Notes under the pieces: generated by a model
What the model was told of the DNA's origin: nothing
The model's database searches: none
Seen by the model: only the letters and a program-made list of their open reading frames with translations
Made by a program: the position numbers and the translations under genes
Shown here: positions 40,126-64,000 of the stretch, piece after piece
Layout: each line of letters begins with the position of its first letter
Position numbering within the stretch: position 1 is the first letter of the stretch
Source: Eledone cirrhosa
Lineage: Eukaryota
Reading direction: 5' to 3'
Length of the DNA: 64,000 nt
Assembly (NCBI GenBank): GCA_964016885.1
Contig: OZ024747.1
Location: 50,964,001-51,028,000, forward strand

Positions 40126-40386
40126 TTATGGATTGGCATGTATCCTGGAGAAAGAAAACTACCATGACAGAGGGATTCAGAAACGCATTGAATTGAACAT
40201 ATAGAGAAATATAATAAACATATTATTTCCTCGGACACAAAACCTAGAACCCAACCAGTGTAACGTAACTCTATTCCTCGTACTCGAATAAACTGATTTA
40301 CACAACTAGAAATTGCTTAGTATTGTCCAGGGGGCGTTGCCTCCCTGTTGATTAAAGTGTGTTTGAGAGGTACAAAAGATCTCTAC

Positions 40387-40787
40387 CTTCTTCTTCTTCT
40401 TCTTCTTCTTCTTCTTCTTCTTCTTCTTCTTCTTCTTCTTCTTTTCTTCTTTTTCTTCTTCTTCTTCTTCTTCTTCTTCTTCTTCTTCTTCTTCTTCTTC
40501 TTCTTCTTCTTCTTCTTCTTCTTCTTCTTCTCTTCTTCTTCTTCTTCTTTTCTTCTTCTTCTTCTTCTTCTTCTTCTTCTTCTTCTTCTTTTCTTCTTCT
40601 TCTTCTTCTTCTTCTTCTTCTTCTTCTTCTTCTTCTTCTTTTTCTTCTTCTTCTTCTTCTTCTTCTTCTTCTTCTTCTTCTTCTTCTTCTTCTTCTTCTT
40701 CTTCTTCTTTTTTTCTTTTTCTTCTTCTTCTTCTTCTTCTTCTTCTTCTTCTTCTTCTTCTTCTTCTTCTTCTTCTTCTTCTTCTTC
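40387..40787. repeat. ~400-bp (CTT)n array
   Basis: Direct reading. Confidence 0.97.
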
Positions 40788-41049
40788 TCTTCTTGTAGTT
40801 GACATTGTTGTTGTTGTTGTTGTTGATGATGTTGTCAATGCTGTTCTTGTTCTTACTGTTGTTGTTGTTACTACCCTAGTATCGTTAAACTATTCCTCCT
40901 TCCTCTAACCGCGCCCCAAACACCCACTTTTAGCCCTCTTCTATCACAATTAATTGTCTACATATACTGCTTCCATATTCCCCATCCCCCAACAACGCAG
41001 CTTCTTCTTCTTCTTCTTCTTCTTCTTCTTCTTCTTCTTCTTCTTCTTC

Positions 41050-41335
41050 GCCCACTTATGCCTGAGAGGATCGTGGGGGCAGAGTCCTCAAACACTCCCT
41101 CCAAAGTGTTCTGACAGAAGCAACCGTCTCCAACTGACCCAGCTGGATCCCCAAGCGTGACCGACCAAGCTCATAGATGTTATCCAACCATCTTGCTCGG
41201 GATCTACCATTGGATTTCCTGCCGGTTGGTTTGGCCCGTAAAATCTGTCCAGCGATTCTTTCCTGGGACATTCTAACCACTGCCCATAGTATGGGAACTG
41301 TGACCCCCAATTCGGAGAAGTAGCGGCTTTACCTG
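41050..41335 (-). mobile_element. RTE-clade (Rex3-like) 3' fragment, second copy
   Basis: RMSQERIAGQILRAKPTGRKSNGRSRARWLD...WRECLRTLPPRS. (AAG)n tail at 41000-41049. Confidence 0.75.
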
Positions 41336-42132
41336 TGTAATTAATTTAGAAATTATAAAGATTTGGATTACATATTTATTTTAAGTTTAATATATTTCAT
41401 TACTTAAATAGTCTTTATTTCGTTAATTGAGGAGAAAAAATGGAATGTAAAATACGGAAATATAGAAAAATACCTAGAAAAAAGAATAGAAAGACAAGGG
41501 CTCTAGTGTCACAGAACAATGGGGAGGGAGAGGAGGAGGATAATTGGGCTCAGGGTCTGAGGCGCCGTGGTAATGGGGCCTGTGCCCCACGGACAGGACC
41601 GCAAAAGCACTCTCGCGGTTAATGGCCAGTGACACCTGCTGCAACTGCCACCCCACCTCGCGGGGGCTCCTTCCTCGGACGGGCCGCCGACGTTCCGATC
41701 TTACGGAAGAGATCGGCAGTACAGGGGTTCATTATTAAAAAAAAATGAGTGCACACGCTGCTTAAATAGAATATTAGCCAATCAGCAGTCTCCTTACAAA
41801 CGGTGCTAGGAATCAGACCACTCTTAAGGGTGTACCTTAAGTGGAATCTACTATACTAAACTGACGCCATGATGCAAGAGGACAGAGAATGAAAGGTTTA
41901 GATAGCTAACAACAAAAACGTTTATAACCAAGGAAAATGCTGAATTTTATGTATGTTGATTTGATTGCTCAAAAACTTGTGATTACAAGTTGTGTTAAGG
42001 CCACACAAAGTTTAAATTAAACAGGAACCTGTGAGTGTGTTCAGAATGTAGAACTGTTGTGTTCAGAGGTTGAAGCAGTTAAAATAAACCTGATTTTCTC
42101 ATCATTCGCTATCAAATATTATTATCAGTATC

Positions 42133-42502
42133 GGTGATTGGCAGTATTGGTAGAGCGCCGGATGCCATGCTTTGGCGCATAGAGTTACGGCCCTTGCCAT
42201 TCTGAGTTCAAATCCCGCCGAGGTTAACTTTGCCTTTCATCCTTACGGGGTCGATAAAATAAAAGTACCAGTAATACACTGGGTAATTGCTGGCCTTGTG
42301 CCTAACGTAGAAACAATTATTATCAGTATCGGTAGAGTGTCGGACGCCATGCTTTCCAGCATAGTTACGTCCCTTTACGATCTGAGTTCAAATCCCGCCG
42401 GGTTTGACTTTGCCTTTCATCTTTACGGGGTCGATAAAATAAAGTACCAGTAATTACACTGGGTAATTTGCTGGCCTTGTGCCTAAAGTAGAAACAATTA
42501 TT
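42133..42502 (+). mobile_element. Two tandem dominant SINEs
   Basis: ATTATCAGTATCGGT is duplicated around the first copy. Confidence 0.85.
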
Positions 42503-42990
42503 ATATATTCCCTACTATTAAATACAATAAGCATTTTCATAACACAATACGTAAATTGCATAAAAAAATAATCGATGACTGCCTAATCGGTGGTCGCCGA
42601 TAAGACAAAGCCGATTAATCAGTATCCGTCGATATGTTAAGGCCGATTAATAGGTAATCGGTCAATTTGCCGACCGGCGCATAGTGAAGGGTATATATAT
42701 ATATATATATATCACGATTCACATGACAGCTAACCCCTTAGTGACCCGACTCTGGTGTTCTGGTTTCACAGCTAACCCCTTAGTGACCCGAATCTGGTGT
42801 TCTGGTTTCGCAGTTATGTTGCTGATGATGATAATGGTGTTAGTGGTGATGATGATGATTATGAAGATAAGGAGGAGGTGGATAGTGATCGAGGAGATGA
42901 TGATGATGCCGATGTTGATGATGATAAAGATAATGATGAAGGTGTCGTTAGTGATGTTGGTGATGATGATGATTATGTTGATGGTGATCG

Positions 42991-43240
42991 TTCTGAAATG
43001 ACAAGTGGTCTTGTCCTAACTAGGGATTCTGAAATGATTAAGGGTTCTGAAATAACTATGGGTTGTGAAGTGACTAGGGGTTCTGAAATGACAAGTGGTC
43101 TTGTCCTAACTAGGGATTCTGAAATGATTAAGGGTTCTGAAATGACTAGGGTTTGTGAAGTGACTAGGGATTCTGAAGTGAGTAAGGTTCTGAAGTGACT
43201 AGGGGTTGTGAAGTAACTAGGGTTGCTACCGTGACTATGT
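42991..43240. repeat. 18-bp minisatellite with a 90-bp higher-order unit
   Basis: Unit approximately TTCTGAAATGACTAGGGG. 42991-43080 is repeated at 43081-43170. Preceded by a 41-bp tandem duplication (~42726-42809) and degenerate (GAT)n. Confidence 0.8.
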
Positions 43241-43453
43241 GATTAGAACTCCTGAGGTAATTAGGGGCTCGTCAATCTTTTGCTGGGTTCACTGTTACCT
43301 GAAGGCGGTGAATTATCAGAGAGTTTATGGTGTCGGATTATAAATGTGTCTGTATTTATTCCGGATCACTGCACACGGAAAAGTTTCAGATCACTGCACC
43401 TGGAGAAGTTCCGGATTACTTCACACGGAGAAGTTCCGAATTACTCTCTTTGT

Positions 43454-43544
<91 letters not shown>

Positions 43545-43667
43545 GGTGTTGGATGCTTAAAGCGTTCGTTTGCGGTAGGCCGTTTGAGCACTCGATGCTC
43601 CCATAGAACAGAGTATGATATCACAGAAAAAAAAGAGAATCAGTGTTGCGACGAATGGAATTTATTG

Positions 43668-43763
43668 GACATATTACAATCGTTTCTCTGGCGACCAGTT
43701 CGAGGCACGATCGATGTGATGATCGAACCTGACTCTGAAAATCGCAAGGTCCTCAGATACGTC
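43668..43763 (-). ncRNA. Hammerhead ribozyme with extended stem II (family I)
   Basis: GACGTAT CTGAGGA CCTTGCGATT...GGTCGCCAGA GAAA CGATTG TA/ATATGTC, followed by AATAAA. Lies in a TA-flanked island. Confidence 0.75.
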
Positions 43764-44204
43764 TTGATTCTACGAAGCAGATTTTCCTATGTCCTTTTAC
43801 ATCGATATACTTCGCTTGTCGAACGATTTCTTCCAGATAAACAGAAAGATATATATATATATATATATATCTTTCTGTTTATCTGGAAGAAATATGTATA
43901 TATATATATACATATATGCAGAGGTTATATTTAATTTGTTGGGATTCAACAAGCTTAAACATTTTTATAAAAGCACTCAACAGAGTAGTGGAGTAAATAC
44001 ACAATATATAATAAATGGAAACAATATTTATGAAACCATATTTATTTTATTATACATATTTCGGATGTACAACTGTACGTCCTCATCAGACAAAATATAA
44101 TGATACATGACATACCCTGAGATGTTAAATGGTTAAGATTTAATCAGGTAGTCTTGATTAAATCTTAACCATTTAACATCTCAGGGTATGTCATGTATCA
44201 TTAT

Positions 44205-44257
44205 ATTTTGTCTGATGAGGACGTACAGTTGTACATCCGAAATATGTATAATAAAAT
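44205..44257 (+). ncRNA. Hammerhead ribozyme (family J); mirror copy 44044-44096 in a ~214-bp hairpin
   Basis: ATTTTGT CTGATGA GGACGTAC AGTT GTACATCC GAAA TATGTA TA/ATAAAAT. Palindrome 44044-44257 with a 4-nt loop. Confidence 0.85.
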
Positions 44258-44294
44258 GTAATTGATCAAAGAACATCTATTTTATTAATATTTG

Positions 44295-44335
<41 letters not shown>

Positions 44336-45599
44336 ATACGTATATACGTGTATGTGTGTATGTGTATCCAAAATTGAATAATATTCTTGATGTGATTGTT
44401 TAAATCCTCTGAGGAACAGAATTCACCTCACAACACAACATCTGTTACAATATGCATGTTATACATGGAATATGCGTCCGTCTGTGTACTTGTGTGCCAT
44501 GTAACTAGCTTTACATAATTTGTTTTAGCAAAACTAATAACATATGTCGTATATCTGAGAAGGCACGACCGCCACATAATCACAAGAAAAAAACTAAACA
44601 TCCATCTTACATGATTGCTTTAACACGACTAATTAGCTTAGGGAAAGGCATGCATATTACACAATCATATTTTTTATGTTCCCTATGTTAGTTAATTCAC
44701 AAAAACAATTAGTAAAAGTCCATCATAATTGTTGTAAAAAAAAGGTAATTTAATAAATCCTATAGGTAAGAAAGGCATGCATGATACATAATCACATATC
44801 CTTCTATGAATTCTCTGCCTTAAAACCATACATATATATTCTGCTTATATATTCACAAGAAAGAAACAAAATCAATATTTTCTGAGATAGGTTTTTTTTT
44901 TCCTTCTCTTTCCAGCTTGTGTCCAGTTTTCTATACTTCTGTTACTTCGCCATAGCTACCACACATACACTACATTCAGAAACTAACACATGAACACATA
45001 GAGCTGAATATACATACATGCAGACACACGTATGTACGTACGTTTATACATGTACATACATACATATATGCATACATATATATACATACATACACACGCA
45101 CACACAAACACATTAACACGTAGAGCTGAATATACATACATATGCAGACACACACACACACACACGAACACATATAGCTGAATATACATACATATGCAGA
45201 CACACATATGTACGTACGTTTATACATGTACATACATACATTTATGCATACATATATATACATACATACAACACGTACACACAAACACATTAACACGTAG
45301 AGCTGAATATACATACATATGCAGACACACACACACACACACGAACACATATAGCTGAATATACATACATATGCAGACACACATATGTACGTACTTTTAT
45401 ACATGTACATAGATACATATATGCATACATATATATACATACATACACACACACACATATATATATATATACACATACGTACGTATATACATACATATTC
45501 ATACATCCATGGATTCTAAATATACACATAAATATTTGCATATATATAAATGCAAATATATCTATACAAATGTATCTGTATATGAATATATGTATATAT

Positions 45600-55850
<10,251 letters not shown>

Positions 55851-55859
55851 ATTATTATT

Positions 55860-56045
55860 TTGGCAGTATCGGTAGAGGGTCGGACTCCATGCTTTGACGC
55901 ATAGAGTTACGGCCCTTGCCATTCTGAGTTCAAATCCCGCCGAGGTTAACTTTGCCTTTCATCCTTACGGGGTCGATAAAATAAAGTACCAGTAATACAC
56001 TGGGTATTTGCTGGCCTTGTGCCTAACGTAGAAACAATTATTATT
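55860..56045 (+). mobile_element. Dominant SINE
   Basis: Near full-length match. Confidence 0.85.
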
Positions 56046-56155
56046 ATTATATAACGCACAAGAGTACTCAATACTTAGGGTAGTAGAGTGGGTAATAGGA
56101 AAAAGTATGACCCCGACGGCAGAGCTCGAGCCGTTTCGACGGCTATTTCTAGACT

Positions 56156-56355
56156 NNNNNNNNNNNNNNNNNNNNNNNNNNNNNNNNNNNNNNNNNNNNN
56201 NNNNNNNNNNNNNNNNNNNNNNNNNNNNNNNNNNNNNNNNNNNNNNNNNNNNNNNNNNNNNNNNNNNNNNNNNNNNNNNNNNNNNNNNNNNNNNNNNNNN
56301 NNNNNNNNNNNNNNNNNNNNNNNNNNNNNNNNNNNNNNNNNNNNNNNNNNNNNNN
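56156..56355. other. Assembly gap (200 N)
   Basis: N run that starts at the turn-point of a family M element. Confidence 0.99.
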
Positions 56356-56378
56356 TACATATTATTTTATTTACATTT

Positions 56379-56567
56379 AGCGGTGGATTGGCAGTATCGG
56401 TAGAGTGTCGGGACGCCATGCTTTCCAGCATAGTTACGTCCCTTTACGATCTGAGTTCAAATCCCGCCGAGGTTGACTTTGCCTTTCATCCTTACGGGGT
56501 CGATAAAATAAAGTACCAGTAATGCACTGGGTAATTGCTGGCCTTGTGCCTAAAGTAGAAACAATTA
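56379..56567 (+). mobile_element. Dominant SINE with TSD
   Basis: TTTTATTTACATTT on both flanks. Confidence 0.85.
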
Positions 56568-57238
56568 TTTTATTTACATTTGAATCCTTACACACACATT
56601 TATTTACAGTTGAATTAATATTGTTGTTATAATATATCTCATGTACATTCGAGTAAAAACTTGCATTGAATTTTTTTTTGTTTAATTGCACTTGACGCAC
56701 ACGAATTCAATGCGCCTGCGCTAACTACTCGTAAGTGGACTGACGGACGGGCACGAAATCTGAATTATTAGTAAGATACAACAATTCATTCTCATCTTTT
56801 ACATTCTTCATTTCAGTACAGACGTAGCATGGTTGATTAAGAAGTTCGCTTCGTAATCATAACCATAGCGCTGATTCTGCCATGCCTTGTACGGGAAACA
56901 GACGGACTGTACTTGTTACTCAAGAGGCCATCCTTGTAACATCATGTAATATGCTTTATCGCTTTGAGAATTACATTAAGTGTACATAATCTGTACAATG
57001 CTGGAACAACTGGAACAATCAACATTGAAACCGATGGAGGACCTTTTTTCAATTAAACATTCATATTTATGATAATTTATTGAATTATTTCCCCCTTTAG
57101 ACGTTTACTTCCTCCTTAAACTCTATATATTATTTATTTAATTATGTACTGTCATTTATTTACACTCTTAACTTTAGAAAAATGTATATACATACATACA
57201 TACATATATATATATATATGTATATATATGTATATATT

Positions 57239-61030
<3,792 letters not shown>

Positions 61031-61053
61031 CACACACATACACACGTATATAC

Positions 61054-61174
<121 letters not shown>

Positions 61175-61178
61175 TATA

Positions 61179-61227
<49 letters not shown>

Positions 61228-61345
61228 AAGATGAAATCGAAAATGCAACTGGAGTCTTATTTTAAAAAAAATATATACATTTATTTGGTTCCTTTACCGG
61301 TTTTTCTCACATGTGAGAAAAACCACAGACCCTCCATCTCAACTC

Positions 61346-61385
61346 TACTTTTGAAAAGCAGAAGAACTGCGAAACCGGTAAAGGA
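61346..61385 (+). ncRNA. Hammerhead-like motif with U3:A8 core (family L); second copy 37069-37108 on minus
   Basis: CTT TTGAAAA GCAG AAGAA CTGC GAAA CCGG TA/AAG. Lies in an inverted-arm island (~61222-61495). Confidence 0.55.
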
Positions 61386-61485
61386 ACCAAATAAACGTAT
61401 ATATAAATAAGACTCCAGTTGCATTTTCGATTTTATCTTTTTTTCTTTATACTTTCACTCGTGTAGGACACCTCGGTTATTTTTC

Positions 61486-61611
<126 letters not shown>

Positions 61612-61653
61612 ACATATATATATATATGTGTGTGTGTGTATACGCGTGTGTGT

Positions 61654-61699
<46 letters not shown>

Positions 61700-61858
61700 A
61701 AATTAGGTATTATGATTGGTTCTCTGAAATAGCGATGTATACATGTATGTAAGTATGGTATATTTGGCAATAAATTAAAAATATTTAGAAGACCATACAC
61801 TATCAGTTTTGAAGTAGTGACTATGTCAGTTACTTCTTTTCGGCGAAAGAAGGGAGAG

Positions 61859-61902
61859 AAGCTGACAGTCTGTTTCACGCTGGCTGGCGTTCATCAGAGC
61901 CC
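61859..61902 (-). ncRNA. Hammerhead ribozyme (family K)
   Basis: GGGCT CTGATGA ACGC CAGCCA GCGT GAAA CAGACTG TC/AGCTT. Confidence 0.87.
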
Positions 61903-62121
61903 CCCCCCCCCCCCCCCGCTTCCGCCGAAAATTATAGAAACTGAATTATTATAGAATTCCAGTAATAATCAGGAGCTGATTATACAGAACAATTGCCGGT
62001 CCAGCAAAAATTAGGTATTAGGGTTGGTGTGCTCTGAAATAGCGATGTATACATGAATGTATGTATGGTATATTTGATATGATATAATATATACATATAT
62101 ATTACATCATATTATATATAT

Positions 62122-62311
62122 GGCAGTGGATTGGCAGTATCGGTAGAGGGTCGGACGCCATATTTGACGCATAGAGTTACGGCCCTTGCCATTCTGAGTT
62201 CAAATCCAGCCGAGGTTAACTTTGCCTTTCATCCTTACGGGGTCGATAAAATAAAGTACCAGTAATGTACTGGGTAATTGCTGGCCTTGTGCCAATAGTA
62301 GAAACAATTAT
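62122..62311 (+). mobile_element. Dominant SINE
   Basis: Full-length match. Confidence 0.85.
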
Positions 62312-62648
62312 ATATATAATTCGTTTATGTATTTGTTTTACAAGATTCTTGGCGTGAAATCATGCGTTGAAGCAGATAATGTTATACTTTGATAGGGCTG
62401 AGTGGTTAGAGAATTGGATTCGCAATCGTGTGGTTGTGATTTCGATTCCCATACCGGGAGACGTGGTATGTCCTTGAGCAATACACTTTATTACACGTTC
62501 TCCTCCTGCCTGGATTTGCGACCGACTGATAGTATTAGCAGTTGGAAGAACCAATGGCAAAATCGTTTCCTCGGTTCGATTTGACGAGCCCCACCACGCT
62601 TGTTAAGGAAATGAGGTGTGGGATTTTGTCAATCGACTTTTGCATGTC

Positions 62649-62678
<30 letters not shown>

Positions 62679-62682
<4 letters not shown>

Positions 62683-62889
62683 AAAAAGTAGGACCCCGAC
62701 GGCTGAGCTCAAGCCGTTTCGACGGCTAATTCTGGACTAAAATGATTTTAGTCCAGAATTAGCCGTCGAAACGGCTTGAGCTCAGCCGTCGGGGTCCTAC
62801 TTTTTCCTATTACCCACTCTACTACCCTAAGTATTGAGTACTTTGGTGCGTTATGGTCCACCTGGTTCCTAACCACATTTCCTCCGTTA
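62679..62889. mobile_element. PLE family M fold-back insertion
   Basis: Perfect palindrome centred on GGACTAAAAT-G-ATTTTAGTCC. Confidence 0.75.
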
Positions 62890-63114
62890 TATATATATAT
62901 ATATATATATTCTGCCTTGCATCATTTTCAAATTATTACTCTCATTTTAATCACACTTATATTATATTTATATTTGTTATTTATCTATTTACCATTAATT
63001 TGGTACACATTTCTTCATTTTAACTGTCATATTTATAGTAACTACTTATAATCTGGCTGTTTCCTCATCTTTTTAATTACACATCCGATTTTTATTTATT
63101 CGCTTTATTTATAG

Positions 63115-63612
63115 CAGAGATTCTCAAACCTTTTGGGGCCACGTAATATCCCTCAGTCAGCGCCCCCACACAACCCTATTTCCAGACGCCTACACGCAAA
63201 TTATAAATAATATATAATAAAGAAAATCGTTAATATATAAATAATTGTTTCTACTTTAGGCACAAGGCCAGCAATTATCCAGTAAATTACTGGTACTTTA
63301 TTTTATCGACCCCCGTAAGGATAAAAGGCAAAGTCAACCTCGGCGGGATTTGATCTCAGATCGTAAAGGGACGTAACTATGCTGGAAAGCATGTCCGACA
63401 CTCTACCGATACTGCCAATCCACCGCCCTAATATATATATAATGATTGATATAATATATACTATGTATAAATAAATGTTATATATTTTTATTTTACTATA
63501 TTTATAAATATGTATTATTTAACATTTAATATACTATTATATCATCTCTACCGCCCCCTCTACCAGTGCTCCCTGAACCTTCTCAAAGTAGCGCCCACTT
63601 TGAGAATTATTG
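63115..63612. mobile_element. Possible hAT (Charlie-like) MITE interrupted by a SINE (63243-63428, minus)
   Basis: Ends CAGAGATTCTCAAAC / CTTTGAGAATTATTG with CGCCCC subterminal motifs. The 8-bp TSD is not clear. Confidence 0.45.
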
Positions 63613-63682
63613 TATTATCTTTTAACTCTTCTTCTTTTTAGCATTTGCATTTGTAATATCTATTTAATATTATTTGTTATAT

Positions 63683-63794
63683 AATTGTTTCTACTTTTGG
63701 CATAAGGCCAGCAATTACGCAGTGCATTACTGGTACTTTATTTTATCGACCCTGTAAGGATGAAAGGCAAAGTAAACCCCGGCGGGATTTGAAT
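63683..63794 (-). mobile_element. 5'-truncated dominant SINE with TSD
   Basis: TTTGTTATATAAT on both flanks. Confidence 0.8.
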
Positions 63795-64000
63795 GTTTGT
63801 TATATAATGTTTGAATAAAAGACGACATGGTCATATCTGGAACGCCTTCGATTATAGGTCTACTCAACCGTTGCTGACTTCGGGTTCAATAAGAACAGCC
63901 AGCTCATGAGCGTCCCTGTTTTTAGTTAAACACTTTATTTTATTTATTTATGTATTGTGGTAGTAGTAGTTGTTGCTGTTTTGTCCCAAGTCAGCCATGA

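Noticed and set aside
41550-41825. Possible HDV-like ribozyme (CCACCTCGCGG) or RNase P RNA (GGTCTGAG...TCAGACCAC)
   Set aside because: No GG after the putative P1 for P1.1 and no J4/2-P2. The RNase P CR-I GGAA and other conserved regions are absent.
39833-42684. CCGAT/ATCGG-rich patches at ~39833-39960 and ~42570-42684 as two ends of one hAT element
   Set aside because: No matching TIR pair or 8-bp TSD was found.
56690-56778. Possible Helentron/Helitron-type end (GACGGACGG...ATTATTAGTAAGAT)
   Set aside because: A single short motif with no partner end identified.

Overview
Repeat-dominated, non-genic stretch of an animal genome, probably an octopod cephalopod (inferred from the dominant tRNA-derived SINE and the extreme TA/CA/GA/GATA microsatellite load). 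I found no host protein-coding exon; nearly all track ORFs are translations of microsatellites. Recognisable elements: (i) an apparently intact L1/Tx1-type LINE on the minus strand (1-~5268) that runs off the window start; (ii) 3' fragments of related Tx1-type elements sitting in (TATC)n or (ATT)n arrays; (iii) an internally deleted mariner and a tiny MITE; (iv) a Penelope-like (PLE) GIY-YIG endonuclease remnant; (v) a decayed RTE/BovB-type LINE and two Rex3-like RTE ends; (vi) about 20 copies of one SINE; (vii) a 5S rRNA fragment; (viii) a 200-N gap. The main hidden signal is in the short complex islands between (TA)n arrays. By hand-folding, they carry at least 11 sequence-unrelated families of type-I hammerhead ribozyme (HHR), mostly minimal with palindromic stem III and often in inverted-repeat insertions. 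They also carry a U3:A8 core variant, a retrozyme-like 1.2-mer, a 5S/PLE chimera and a covarying CUGAUGA-containing three-helix motif that is not a canonical hammerhead. All structures were folded by eye and no database search was run. Repeat boundaries are approximate to within a few bases.
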